The position numbers were made by a program, and so were the translations under genes. The notes below the pieces were generated by a model that worked only from the letters and a program-made list of their open reading frames with translations, had not been told where the DNA came from and did not search any database. From positions 17,794,001 to 17,858,000 of the forward strand of contig NC_043012.1 of the NCBI RefSeq assembly GCF_006345805.1: a stretch of 64,000 nt of DNA. The letters are read 5' to 3'. Each line of letters starts with the position of its first letter. Positions within the stretch are counted from its first letter, which is position 1. The DNA comes from Octopus sinensis. Its lineage: Eukaryota. Positions 12,759-27,025 of this stretch are shown piece by piece.

Positions 12759-12965
12759 AGTCCAAACAAGAAAACACAAACAAAAACACAGCAACGCGAG
12801 GACGTGGAACAAATAAAGTATTATTGGACGCTCAGGAAAGAAGGGAAGAAGGCGGGTTTAACGTTTCGAGCGGAGCTCTTCGTTGGAAACAAAGGAGAAG
12901 GAAAGATCCCGAGAAGGAAAGACAGAGGAAAAAAAATTGCTGGCGGTGCTCACGAGGTCACAGAC
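12756..12965 (-). mobile_element. Penelope-like pLTR fragment with degenerate hammerhead motif
   Basis: Minus strand GTTT-CCAACGAA-GAGC(TCC)GCTC-GAAA-CGT-T-AAAC at ~12855-12890. Lies between (TA)n and (CA)n. Confidence 0.55.
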
Positions 12966-12968
12966 ACA

Positions 12969-13014
<46 letters not shown>

Positions 13015-14457
13015 AAGATGCATTACGTATATATTAGATTGATCCAGGTATTTCTGGTTCTTAAACATCATTGCCGCTAGAAATTATGAAAAGCATAGTC
13101 TTTGGGCTTTTCTCTATAGCTCTCTCCGGACTAAGCGATTAGAAATTGTTAATTTCTGACCTGAATGCTCTTTGGATTCTCACCCAACATCAACTATCGT
13201 TTCAATGACATATGTTCCACTAAACCTATACATGAAGGAAAGCTTCAATCTCTACAGGTCTTATGCACCAGGTGGAAGAGCGCAACGTGGGTCTGGTAAT
13301 ATATCAACTCAAAAAAAAAAAAAACGTGATCAACGCTTGACCCAAAACTGTACCTCGGTCAAAATAACAAACCGTCTGTATAATCTCATTATTGACAAGA
13401 TAATGATTGTAGAGAGTGCTTCTAACTCGAGAAAGTTTACCCTTTTACAAAAACGAAAGCCTGATTATTGATAACTCGATGTATGGATACAAATTGTTAG
13501 TTGGATAAAGTCTAGTAAATTGTCCACAATATTTGAATGATATTCATTTTATACACACTGGAAGGAATGAACGAAAAACTGCGTCTGTGATATTTGAGCT
13601 TGAAACGCAACTCCATGCTCCATGAATTGACTCTAACTTCTTCTTATTTCACAACTTCACCACCTGGTTTTGTAATAATCGGTGTGAACAAAGATTAGCA
13701 ACGGAGATTATCAGTGTTGCATCGAACACAAACGGGGAAGTACCGAGAACAAAGAGTTATAGATGATAAATGTAAAAATTGATATTTTGCCGCTACAAAA
13801 GTATCCATTAACATTGGTGAAATGACAATGAAGACAACTGAAAACAACTAATGATAATGTTAAAGGCTACCTGTATAAGCAATACATTAACTCATTAGTT
13901 AACATTATTGATTTTGATCTGATAGTTTTTATGTATTCTAAATGTTCGAACTAATGGCCGATTAGCCAGTACTTTTAAAAACACTAAAAGTCAAATTACC
14001 ATCAGAGAAATTCACTTCTCAAGACAACAAAATACTAACCAAAAATAGAAACGAGAACTCTGTCATTCAGTAAGATATTAAGTAGGAAAATGTTTACATA
14101 AAATTTGAGGTATACCAATTCCGAGAATAAAGTGTACAAAGCACCTAAAGACCGCATCACCAGAGGTCACTGAATAAAAATGAGAATTTTCTAAATTGAT
14201 GGTTGTATTTTACTCTCTGGTATCAAAAGACAAAGCAGATAAGGCATGAATAAGTATCAGGGAAAAAGGTTTGTCTATTACGTACCTATTTTACAAGGAT
14301 TCTCTGCTCCAAAAACAAAACTATCATAACAGTAATGGCTAAGGAAAGTTGGAGTCAAATCTGAGGGTAAGAAATTTTCAGTGGCAGCTCAGATTTCGTT
14401 CTCGCAACACGCAAAAAATATTCCTTCCGGAATTTTTTCAAAAAATTACAAGGAAAC

Positions 14458-14528
<71 letters not shown>

Positions 14529-14809
14529 GATTTCATTTATGCAGACGATGCTTATCAGACAATTGTGTCTGAGTAGGTTTTCGAGGCTTTTGCACCCCTT
14601 CTTCTTTGTACTAGCCCCATAGAGCCCTTCCGTGAGTCCCAAATCCCATTCAAGTCCCCTACTAGTACTAAACTGCGAGTCTTCCCGAGGAATGTTTATA
14701 TACACATGAAGAATTCTGGCCTTCCAGCCCCTAGACGACCACCAGTATAAAGGCGCATTTCGTGTCCGAGAAGATTACCTGCCACTCGGGTTCAAGAAGA
14801 TTACCTGTT

Positions 14810-15030
14810 CTTCGAGATCTGAGAATTTTCGAATGGCTAAACATTTTGGTACAAATAAGTAAAAAAGATAGAACACACAAAAAAATCAGCCTTTCTTAGA
14901 ACTGCAAGAATTCTTCTTAGAGTTCTCGAAGCAAGACCAGTAAACAAGTGTCACCTTAGTCTGCTGGTTGTGGACAGCTGACACTTTCTATCATACCCAG
15001 CAAAAAAAGCTGTTTTCATCAAATGTTGCT
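14810..15030 (+). mobile_element. R4/Dong-type non-LTR retrotransposon 3' end
   Basis: EWLNIL..IEHTKKSAFLRTARILLRVLE resembles the R4-clade C-terminal QKSALLGTARILRRVL. A short 3' UTR runs into (ACT)n(AAC)n(AAT)n. Confidence 0.65.
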
Positions 15031-15045
15031 ACTACTACTACTACT

Positions 15046-15093
<48 letters not shown>

Positions 15094-15115
15094 AATAATA
15101 ATAATAAAAATAATG

Positions 15116-15186
<71 letters not shown>
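15030..15186 (+). repeat. Compound (ACT)n/(AAC)n/(AAT)n microsatellite
   Basis: Direct reading. Confidence 0.98.
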
Positions 15187-15189
15187 TCT

Positions 15190-15376
15190 AACTGGGCCCC
15201 ACCTGCAAGGTCATGTGCTGTTTATCTTGATATAAGATCACCATGTCGCGCACATATGGTTGTGATGCATGTGCCTGGTGTACCCTTATCAGACGGATAG
15301 TCATGATGGGTATATTGGGCTTCGTATATTTTACCCCAGTGTCACTTTGATGGCATGAACTGCTCTCTCACTCAAC

Positions 15377-15378
<2 letters not shown>
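15190..15378 (+). mobile_element. Retroelement 3' end embedded in an (AAT)n array
   Basis: Unique ~185-bp block ending CTCTCTCACTCAACAATAATAAT with (AAT)n on both sides. I recall it as a recurrent octopus repeat; family unassigned. Confidence 0.5.
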
Positions 15379-15408
<30 letters not shown>

Positions 15409-16820
15409 TAATAATAGTAATCCTTTCTACTAAAGACACAAAACCTGAAATTTTGTCCTCATTACTTCCAGCCTCGTTCAGCACGCAACCTATCTTGCAA
15501 CATCTTCCAGACAAAAGAAGATTGCATTCCCTTTCTGGTTAAAGGTGGGTGGTGGAGCAATCACCCGCTGTTAGACTGCTGCTAGATGGCTGCCAGACGG
15601 CTACAAGACGACTGTCAAACGGATCCGCCTCATACGTGACAGTGGCTGTTCGCCATAATAGACAAATCATCAACTCCCAAACAATGAAAGTGACCGTCGA
15701 GGGCGGTTTCCTCGCTCTTTGAGTGTCTGGGACGGTTCGTCAAACGCTTAAGGCATTTACATGCCTTAAGAATTAATCTTGAAATTGTAGTGCCCCTTTG
15801 GTAATACTGCCAGGTAAGGGACTGCTAGAAGTATCCGAAACTTGTTTGAAATATATTGGAAATCTTCTTGTCGGCATTCTGTGTTTGCTATAAACGCCAT
15901 CGTTCTTCAAAAACCCTGTGCAAATTGTTAGAATAGAGCTTCGATCGATCCCATTGTCCTAACGCTAGAAGGCGGTGAAAGCCTGACAACACTAAGTAAG
16001 AAGCGGTTAGTATTGCTCCTTGCTTTACTCAGGACTGTAGGTATCTCAAGAGACGTGAAGCCGAAAGTCGTGCTGAACAGATGAGATTATGTTAATAATG
16101 AGGGGAAATATTTTATTGATGAAATAGATCAATTCATACCAAAGAAGCATTTGTTTATTTCCCTTGAAATGCGGCAGGACTTCATTTCGCAGCTAATACA
16201 TAAATGTGATGTCATTATGTCAGAATAAAATTTGACATATTCATTTGGATTTACAGAAGTTCCCGCCACACATACTCACATACAAGCGGAAACACAGAAG
16301 AATGTCAAAGGAGAAAAAAAAAACAAGGAATAAAATGAGAGAGAGAGAAAGATAAATAAATGGGTGAATAGATAAATAAATAGATAAATACAAAGAAAGA
16401 AGATTAATAGGGGAAAATACTGAGTGATATAAACAAAGAATTCCTCAATATTAAAGGTAGAAATCACAAATCTATTTAGAAAAAGTAACATCAAGAGGAA
16501 GGATGAAACCACAGTAATATGAGAGCGATTAATATGAGAAATCTTAGTAAAGACTATATATTAAGCGATCTGAAGAGAAATAAATGTTTCTTTAAACATA
16601 CTGGACTGCTTGAGAGAAACCCCAGAACGATAAACAAAGATAATATATAGAGAGATGGTAAAATTGCTTAGCAAAGTGAAAAAGAAATATTGCAGAAATA
16701 TATGGCGGAAAGCTGTCAGAGAACAAAAACGAAGCCTCGTCTACAAAGGGGACTCAAATGAAAAGCTAAATGACCAAGCAGCTATGACGAAATGTATCGA
16801 CCAGTGGCTGACCGCCGTAT

Positions 16821-16909
<89 letters not shown>

Positions 16910-18307
16910 TAAATATACATATATATGTATATCCGTCAAATGTAAATAATGTACATAATTTCTCATCACTTAAATATAGAACTGTATATGTGTTTGTGTG
17001 TATATATGTGTAATTATATGTGTGCCCGCGCGTGCGTGCGTAGCTGTGTGCATGCATGCGTTCGTGTATTCAGCGTACGTGCATTCAAATTGTTTGGCAA
17101 ACAATCAATTACAACACCTGTTACTGACAGTATATCTGACTTTTGGCTGAAATACTTTCCAAATATATATAAACTCCCGTTGAAGGTCTCCAATACCATT
17201 CCGAAAAAAACTATGGAGATAATAACCTGGCGTGGTGGAGAAAGAACAAGTCTTGTCCCTAAAGATATGAATTTCACTATTAATGTTTTTGTTTCTGTTG
17301 TTTTATTTTTAGCTATAGGTCAAAACCCGATTGACCAGGATTATTTTCAGTTGCGGTCCAGCTGCGACTACCCAGTCGAAATGTTCCTTTTTGAAGCATG
17401 AGCCATCGGTATATCTTGAGGAACGTTTGGTTAGAACGCCTGCTAGATATTTCAGCCTCGGCTAGAATAATATGGAACTATCACGCGAACATCAAAGATA
17501 TTAATATGAAGCATTGATATCCAATCTGTTAGATCCAACGAACACCTGAAGGTTTCATAATTCTTACAAGAAAAATCATTTAAAACGGTATGGATCTCCG
17601 GATAAATCTATCGATAGCAAAGAAATATTGGAGAAGAGAAGAAAAGAATTAGTAGGAACACAAGTGAAATACAGCAATACTTTCGGTAGAGTTCCACCCG
17701 CCTGAATATGTAAAACATTCCCAAAGCAACAACTGTTCGTATTTGTAATATTATACCTTCCATATCATGGTGACCTAAGTAAGAAAATTTACACATGGAT
17801 AGCAAGAGTTTAAGATATAAATTGTCTTAAGATAAATAAGGAATTTATCGATTATCTGTTAATTTAGAGAAATTCGTTAATCAAAAGCATAAGATATAGT
17901 ATAAAAATGCCTTAACATATCTACAAATTTAGATTATGTAAGAAAACCATGTAAGAAAACAATTAGGATCATGAATACGTATGCACGCGTACTAAAACAT
18001 TGGAATATGCTTATCGAACAAAAAAAAAAAAAGAAATAGGACATCTAAACACGACTACTTACTTATGCTTCGTGAACTTTCCATTCAAAATAGGGTTACC
18101 AGCTGTTTCAATGAACAGTGTAAATAATTGATAAAAAACCTGAACTGCAGACCGTAAGATATTCACTTTCCGAAACGTTATACATGCAAAAAAGAAGACA
18201 TATAATTTAGAGGAATTCCAATAATTTAAATACTTATAACAAAATAAATAAAATAATAATAATAATAATAATGATGATAATAATAATAATAATAATAATA
18301 CTAATAC

Positions 18308-18389
<82 letters not shown>

Positions 18390-18544
18390 GATAGTAAGTG
18401 TGAATATATATGTATACATAAACACACACATATATATGTATATATATATAATACATGAACATACTCACACACACACGTATAAGTTCATGTATTTGCTTTG
18501 TAATTTTCTTGATGGGAAAAAGTGTGCTGGAACAGATATTGTAA

Positions 18545-18750
18545 TACTCGGGATGATCATTTCTTTTGTTTGTTTGCCAGTTAAAAAAATACACAATTCG
18601 ACTTCCTCTTTGGTTTTGTTTGCATTATTTTTTAGTATATACGAGTTTCAGAAACTTTCGTCACACATTCTGTGAACTCATCAGTGATACTGTATGCAAT
18701 GTGTCTCCTCTTGGCCTACTTATTCTATTCTGTCTTTCTGTAGTATATAT
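18545..18750 (-). mobile_element. Penelope-like pLTR fragment related to 240-600
   Basis: Shared motifs GGGATGATCATTT..TGCCAGTT and CTTTCGTCACAC..CTGTGA..CATC.GTG. Confidence 0.55.
18634..18691 (-). ncRNA. Hammerhead-like motif with intact catalytic core
   Basis: Minus strand CTGATGA-GTTCACA(GAA)TGTGTGAC-GAAA-GTTT(CTG)AAAC-T-C: canonical core, G10.1-C11.1, stem III AGTTT/AAACT, CUC triplet. Stem I is mismatched at its first two pairs. Confidence 0.6.
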
Positions 18751-18918
18751 ACCAGGGAAGTCTCTGCCAGGCGTATAAACTAAAACGATGGCGAACATGG
18801 AATAAATATTGTTTGTTTAATTGTAAAAAAAACGACCATCCGTAACTATAACAATATATGTATATATAGATATATATCCATATCTATCTATTTATCTATC
18901 TGTCTATCAGTCTGTCTA

Positions 18919-18978
<60 letters not shown>

Positions 18979-19096
18979 CACATATATAAATATATATCTA
19001 TGGTAATGCATACGTGTGTATGCAAGTTCATATGTATGTATAAATGTTTGTAGGCGGCATGTATGTCTATATAAATATGTGTTTGTATGTATGTAC

Positions 19097-19150
<54 letters not shown>

Positions 19151-19484
19151 CATTCACAGGAGTATGAATACATATATGTATGCATAAGCAAATGATCAAA
19201 TGATTCATCATGTCACTGAGAATCCAGAAACACGCTGGCATTCGTGAAATGCATCTTGGCCATTAAATAAAGAGATAGGATATATGGAGGCCTGTGGGAC
19301 CATGTTTTTTTCTCCGCTCTACAAGCTAAAAAATTACCCGTCAGTGATTTTGCTGCATACTGTCATGGACATTTCCTTCCAATATATATGTATATATTGA
19401 TCGACAAAGACATTAAGAATTGAAACATATTTATCAACCATGAATACTGATTCTCGTATCAATCTATTCATGTATATATGTATG

Positions 19485-19488
19485 CATC

Positions 19489-19568
<80 letters not shown>

Positions 19569-19612
19569 CATTTATCATATATCTATCTATCTATCCATCT
19601 ATCTATCTATCC

Positions 19613-19697
<85 letters not shown>

Positions 19698-19720
19698 AAT
19701 CTATGTATCTATCTATCTAC

Positions 19721-19752
<32 letters not shown>
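19485..19752. repeat. (TATC)n microsatellite; similar arrays at 20716-20882, 37866-37938, 43290-43400
   Basis: Direct reading. Confidence 0.98.
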
Positions 19753-20715
19753 TTCCCTGCTTACATACTTCTCTAATAAGGGATATATATAGTTAAATAG
19801 ATGGGCACATATACATTCTTCATTATAAGAAGTAAAACCAGTCTAGACTTAACGAATAGAAATAAAATATTCAAAATGTGTTAAAGAATATATAAGTAAC
19901 TGCTAGAAATCTTCATAAAATAAATAAAATTACATAGGGATAGACTGCGTATTCTATTAGCAAGAGGAAATGGACCCAGAAATATACTGTTAATTATAGT
20001 TTATTTTCCCATTATTCTTATAGTTTACATTATTCTTGTATCTGTTATGATCGATGTTCGCATTATTTCTCTGATAAAGATTTCTTTTTTATTATATTTC
20101 TACGTTGGAATAAAATCCATACACATTTTAGATATTTTATATTTTTGACGTTCTATCAAGACTTTCTATATATTTTTAAAGCAGTGCTAATGATATATTG
20201 TCGACATTTATTCGCTACAAATTCTATTTCGTATTGTATTGTCTTCAAATGAAGCAAATGGGAAATAGAATATAAAGAAAAAAAATATCTGCCTACAATA
20301 AGCAAATAACAATGCAAAAACATTGATTCGCGAGGAAACATATCATCAGTATTGATGTTACACCCATTGAAATACATACAGAATATAATACAGTTATTCA
20401 TATAATCTCAGCAACTATCATATAGAGAGATGTTCACGTATGTATACATTCTAATATATTTTGCAGGGCGTATGTAGGGGAAAGGAGTAGGAAATTGAAT
20501 ACATCTCGCCCAATGTATATACAAATATACATGCACACACATAAATGCACACAAACATACGCACATACGTACATACGTACATACATACACACACTTATAA
20601 ACTTATAATATCCAATCTTCGTCTATATGCGAATATATAATATATTATACACACCCAAATTATATATAACCATGCACACAAGCAAAATATACGTGCATGT
20701 GCGAATGTATGCATA

Positions 20716-20787
<72 letters not shown>

Positions 20788-20802
20788 CTTATCTAATCTA
20801 TA

Positions 20803-20883
<81 letters not shown>

Positions 20884-20931
20884 GTCCGTCCGTCTGTCTG
20901 TATGTATGTATGTTTGTCTATCTATACAAAC

Positions 20932-20983
<52 letters not shown>

Positions 20984-21052
20984 ATACACACACATATATG
21001 TATGAATATATATATATATAGCACATGAGCTGAAACTAGATGAAATTTATAA

Positions 21053-21096
<44 letters not shown>

Positions 21097-21999
21097 TATA
21101 TATATTATATATTATATTAATATATATATATATGTATATGTGTGTATTCGAAAATATAGGGCAATCCTTCCCAAATACTCCAAACAACAATCATTGAAAT
21201 TTGAACTAGACTCAGCCTCTTGAAAATATTACCCTAAAATGTTATTGTTCAACTGTTAACGTTCACTGGGGATATAAGGTAATCGCAGCTCGGAGCCAAC
21301 TTTACAATAACGTTCACACTTTAATTTATCGCAGGGCAGCTTGCTCTACGTCTTATCTATTCAATAAATCGAGAAAATTATAAGATATCATTTCAAAGCA
21401 ACGAGTGCAACCTTGGTTCTGTTTTAGACACTCATTTTGCAACTATTTGCAATTGAGTTCAGTCCACCTCTGTCTTGTGCAAGGGAGGGATCCTAAAAAT
21501 TCACATTAACCCGTAAACTCTGTGGCATCTCATCGAAAAGAAAAGTCGTGTTTCGGGGATGTTGAAGTTAATCTATTCAACGATTTAGCAAATTTTCGAG
21601 GCTCTTGTTTGCATTTCGTGGAATATATTATGGCGCGATTATTCAGGTCAGGACTCGACATTCTAATTAACCTCCCCGTTCTTCTCATATTCACGAAGGC
21701 ACAAAAACGTATTCTGGGCATTGCTCTTCATCCCCTAACAATGTCATTAAAATGAAAGTAATAGACAGAAATATAAAGATTGAACAAAGGTACCTGGTTT
21801 GACGGTGGTCGGTCAAGCACTAAATATACGTGCCACTGAAGCGTATCTTGTCAACAATAATGGTTTACGTCAGTATTCAAAGCAAATAAAAAACCATCTG
21901 TAATAGGAATGGCTGAGTCCCAAGCAAAGCGAGGCTTTAATCTTAGTATTGCAGCACTGAATTACATATATATATAAGATTCGAGATTATATAAAAATA

Positions 22000-22268
22000 T
22001 ACAGTATTCACTCGATTATCGCGCGTGTTGCGTCCCAGAATCCCCCGTGACAGGTGAAAATCCGCGAAATAGAAACAGCACTGTTCTGTATTTTTATTTA
22101 TTAATTTATTAATTTTTAGGGTGAAAATGCTTATTTTACCACAGAAATGTTTAAAATCTAAAAAAAATATAAATACCTATTGATATAAATTTACATTTAT
22201 TATCCAGAAAAATCCGCGATGAACAGAGGGCAAAAGAGGTGAACCGTAATTTGGTGACTGATTACTAG
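22000..22268. mobile_element. pogo/Tigger-like MITE (TA target)
   Basis: Left end TA-CAGTATTCACTCGATTATCGCG; degenerate right end GAACCGTAATTTGGTGACTGATTACTA; internal AAAATCCGCGA twice. Confidence 0.5.
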
Positions 22269-22323
<55 letters not shown>

Positions 22324-22859
22324 GTGTGTGTGTGTGTGTGTGTGTGTGCGTGTGTGTGTATACGTAGGTAGCTAGGTAGGTATATGTTCGTGTTTGTATA
22401 CGGGTGTCTGTGTGTTTATGTGCTTGGTATACATGACGAAGTGCAGTAAATACAATCGACGTCATATATAATTAGAACAGCGTAAGCGAGGGAGGTTGTT
22501 TGATCCGCTAAATAGAGCAGTCATGGCTTCCTTGAATAACTTACTACTATATTAAGAAGAATCGAGTGCGATAAACGCTATGGACGGCTGTTAGGTCTTC
22601 GAATATAGAATTATCTAAAGAGAGACATGCTCTATCAGATATATGAATGAAGATAGTTACAGCGCCACAGCTAAAATAAGGTAATTACAACAGGCTAATT
22701 AAAGGTAACTGATACATATAATTTTTTTAGAAGAATAACAGCTAGCGCAAACGTAAATTTTATTACTTCACACTAGAACATCTATATCGTCTCTTGATAT
22801 GGTAGAACTAGCAACCAAATCCCCTTCAAAATCACGATTTCAGAAAATGCCATCCTCGG

Positions 22860-23195
22860 GCTGAGCAGTGCCTTCTTCACGCATATGGTAGACAGTAACT
22901 ATGCGGAAGCCGGTTTCATATCTATATACATGTGTGTGAGTGTGTGTGTGTGTGTGAGTGAGTGTGTGTGTATGTTTGTGTGTGTGTATGTGTGTGTGTG
23001 TGTTTCTTTGTTACCCTACTACTTGACAATAAGTGTTCGATTGTTTATGTCCGGTAACATTGTGGTTCTTAAACCGAGACCGATAGAATAATTTCCCGCC
23101 TGTAAATACTGGGGTCACTATCCTCAACAAAACCCTTTTAGGCAGCGCCATCACACAGTAGCTATCCAATGAACATAACGAGTAGAGATAGAAAA
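22860..23195 (+). mobile_element. SINE family A, degenerate 5'-truncated copy
   Basis: TGGTAGACAGTAACTATGCGGAAGCC, internal (TG)n, GAGACCGATAGAATAA, ACTGGGGTCAC. Confidence 0.55.
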
Positions 23196-23552
23196 TAACT
23201 CTTTAAAATTGCCAAAGTCTAACTAAAACTAAATAACATCAGTTAAATATAACTCAGAAAATATTCTGCAAATATCAATAAAATTCCATAAAGCTAATAA
23301 TAATCGAAAAAATTGCTAACAAATTTTCTCAAAATAGAATACAAGCTGTGAGCGAAAAAGCTTCTTTATGAAGTACAAGAGAAATATCCGATAGCGAAAT
23401 TGTTTTCCAAGGTGCGTAGCGATGTGGTGTCCAAAAAATGTACAAATATTTTAAATAGTGTTATATATTTGATGCCGTTTATGAATACGTGTCTAACATT
23501 TCGGCCTAAAACATTTTGACGAAGTGAAAAGACATTGAATGTTAAATAACTC

Positions 23553-23772
23553 GAAGGCAGCGAGCCTGCAGAATCGTTATTGCACCGGACAAAATGTTTC
23601 GCCGTTTTTCATCGACGATGCATTCTGAGTTCGAACGCCGCCGTGGTCGAATTTCCCTTTCATCATTGTCGGGGTCGATAAAATAATTAGCATTTGAGCA
23701 CTGGGGTGGATGTAATCGAGCTGCCTCGTCCAGCGAAGTAGCTGGCCTTGTGCGCAAATTTGAAATCAATAT
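23553..23772 (+). mobile_element. SINE family B, degenerate
   Basis: AAGGCAGCGAGCCTGCAGAATCGTT..TTCTGAGTTCGAA..GGGGTCGATAAAATAA..GGCCTTGTGCGCAAATTTGAAATC. Confidence 0.75.
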
Positions 23773-24009
23773 TAGATGGCTCGATACAGAGTAAAGTGGG
23801 ACAGGACTGTCGATCTGTCCCATGGTTTAGTTGGATGATCGAGTATTGTTTTTACAGCAAATTCTTCAAGGTAGGAAAACATTAGATTTATTTAGACTTT
23901 CATTTTAATAGATCTCTTTCTCCACCTCCCCATACGCACATATACACACACACGTGGGCGTTCACAAAAACATGTATACACTCATGTACTGTAAGCTTTC
24001 AATCACAAT

Positions 24010-24297
24010 GTATTATTGTTAGACGGAAACAAACGGAACAACTTGCTCGTGAAATAAACGTGGAAGTGACTGAGCACTGCATATACACTTATCGTAGTCC
24101 TCCGTGGGGTTCAGCTGAGCGCAGGATGTGACAAATCTACTCCTTTGAAATCGAGGTACTACTCATTTCTGCCAGGTCAGTGGACTGGAGCAACGTGAAA
24201 TAATGTGTCTTGCTAAAGGACACAACACGTTACCGGGAACAGAACTCACGACCTTCCGATCGTGGGGTAAATATCCTAACCATAAGGTACAACGCAC
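24010..24297 (-). mobile_element. SINE with head/core 1 and tail C
   Basis: Core GCAAGACACATTATTTCACGTTGCTCCAGTCCAC shared with 57120-57447; tail GTACCTCGATTTCAAAG..TTTCACGAGCAAGTTGTTCCGTT shared with 35640-35815. Confidence 0.7.
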
Positions 24298-24318
24298 ACA
24301 CACACACACACACACACT

Positions 24319-24377
<59 letters not shown>

Positions 24378-24467
24378 TATCCACGTATTTCATGTTGTTT
24401 ACACAGTTCGTACCAATATATGTATATATATACATATATATATATTATATATATATATATATATACA

Positions 24468-24507
<40 letters not shown>

Positions 24508-24559
24508 TATTATTATTATATATACACACACATATATTTTTTATTATATATATATGTGT

Positions 24560-24968
24560 GTGTGTTTCTATGTCTATGTTTAGGTCCCCGTCAATTAGCG
24601 GTTCGGCAAAAGACGACGATAAAATAAGTATTAGGCCTACAAAAATAAGTCGATTTGTTCGACTGAAACACGATGTTCCAGTATGGCCGCAGTTAAATGG
24701 CTGAAACAAATAAAAGATAAAAGAAAATATATAAAAATGTGTGTGTGACTTCTGTGTTAGTCCGTCCCTCCCCCTTCATGGCAGCCGATGTTGATTTGTT
24801 TGCGTCCCTGTAAGGCAAAAGGGAGGGAAAGAAATAAGTACGAGACTTAAGGAAAATAAATTGAAATCAATACATTCAAATACAAAAAAAAAAACGAAAT
24901 CCCTAAAATCTCTTGAAGGATGTGCCCCAGCATGGCCGCGTTCTAATGTCTGAAGCAAGTAAAATATA
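24560..24968 (+). mobile_element. Two SINE family A 3' fragments
   Basis: TAGCGGTTCGGCAAAAGAC..CCAGTATGGCCGCAGTTAAATGGCTGAAAC at 24575-24725, and a second tail ending CAGCATGGCCGCGTTCTAATGTCTGAAGCAAGTAAAA at ~24963. Confidence 0.7.
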
Positions 24969-24989
24969 ACGGTGTCTCTTTGAGTGTCC

Positions 24990-25225
24990 GAGGTAGAGGT
25001 TGATAGGTTGTACTTATTGATAAAGCATGGAGAATGGGTCTTTGTCAATGGCATTCGCAGAATATCACCCGCCACGAGACTAGACATTAGGAAAGTATAT
25101 TGGACTTGTTACGTAGTCAATAATTACATGATGAGATTCATTGGTCAATATGTAAATGAAATTTTTGTGCAAGAACTATACATACAGATGACCAACCAGC
25201 ATTCACGAACATCGCACATTGACAA
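24990..25225 (+). mobile_element. Possible very old R4/Dong fragment (region after the zinc knuckle)
   Basis: LHDEIHWSICK resembles R4 RHD..IHWxxCK. No other firm motif. Confidence 0.3.
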
Positions 25226-25627
25226 TCAATAAATGTCTACCCGTAGACACACATAAAGAAACACACACGAACACACGCAAACTTGTACACATACATACAC
25301 ACGCACAGATATCTGTCATTGTATCTGTGTATCTTTCTTTATGTATCTATATATCTATCCATATGTCTATAAATGCGTCTATTTATCTCTCAGTTGATCT
25401 TTCTCTATCAAACTGTCTCTGTCTGCCGGTTTATCTATCCATTTATGTATCTGTATATATGACTCTCAGAACGTCTGTCTGTCTGTCTCTCCTCTCTCTC
25501 ATATATATATATGTGTGTGTGTGTGTGTATGTGTGTGTATATATATATATATATGTATAGATATATATTATATATATATTATATATATTATATATACGTA
25601 TATATGTGTGTGTGGTGTTTTTGTGTG

Positions 25628-25659
<32 letters not shown>

Positions 25660-26105
25660 TATATATGTGTGTATGTGTGTGTATACGCATCCATGATCAC
25701 TATGTACTAATAATACTAATAATGATATGAAGAAGAAGAAAATAATAACAATGGTGATAAGGTAGCATGTTTAAGCCACCACCAGGCACGGCGTACAGCT
25801 GCCTAGGAGCTTTACACAAATACCCAATAGATTTCGTCAGACAGAAATTTTGAGATTTATTCTATTACTTATTCCAAGCTGCGAAATAGCTTTTGGTATT
25901 GACACTGGCGAAATTGATGGCAATTCCACCTGTACAATACAATATCTTTCTTCTGTTATTAATAAGTACAACACTTGAAAATTTAATTCATTGTCGTATG
26001 TCTAGCCGACACTCTGCAATATTATTGAAAAACATCCACACATACGCACACACGCGCACACATGCGCATACACATACATACAAACGTACATACATACATA
26101 AATAT

Positions 26106-26141
<36 letters not shown>

Positions 26142-26310
26142 TTGTAGCTACAAAGAGATGTCAAAGCAAGATAGACATTTGCTTGACAGCATCTTATTTT
26201 ATTCTTCCTTACTACGATAAAAAAATATTACACATTGTCCAGGTGTAGATGACCGTTAAAAAGTGAAGCAAAGAATTTTAAAAAGCTCAAGACTAAGAAT
26301 TCTGTCTCAT

Positions 26311-26373
<63 letters not shown>

Positions 26374-26983
26374 TTATGTATGTATGTGTACGTATATGTA
26401 ATATGTATCTGTATGTATGTTTAAAGTTTGCTGTTTACTAAAACTTCACAAACTCAGATTCTATGTTTTAATCATTATATATTGTCAAGTGACGGATGAA
26501 TTGAATCAAATGATATATCTTATGTATATATCATTTAATTCGATACAGCGCCACCGTGAGCGCTACATCATTTGCACAAGGTGGAGGTAATACCACTGGT
26601 ATTTTCCAGACAACTGTAAAGTCAAATTCAGACTCCATCCGATGTTTAGACTCACCTTCCAAAATCCCCACCACCTATAGAGTTCAGGCCCTGCTCCGTT
26701 TTACATTATCCCATAGCAAATGAAAGAAGAAAAACATCAAAATAACTTCAAATGATATTTCAATAAATTACTTCAAGGACTACGAAACAGGGTACTTGAA
26801 TCGACCATGATGCCAAAAAACCTGACTTAAAAATGCTTGACATTTTATCTGTTCAATCTCCAATGGTTTGGGAGTAGTGCAATGAGAAGTTACAATTTAT
26901 GAAGGCCTTTCTTTTAAATGTGCTTAGAGAGCTTACAATAGAAACTGGTCAACAGTATGTGTATATTTCTATATGTGTGTATC

Positions 26984-27025
<42 letters not shown>

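Noticed and set aside
13150-14340. Possible very old R4/Dong remnant (APG, YKLLVG and SQDNKIL-like words)
   Set aside because: Matches are short and not reliably colinear by eye; a profile search is needed.
15460-16085. Possible LINE RT fragment on the minus strand (QHDFR-like word)
   Set aside because: A single weak motif with no supporting downstream RT motifs.
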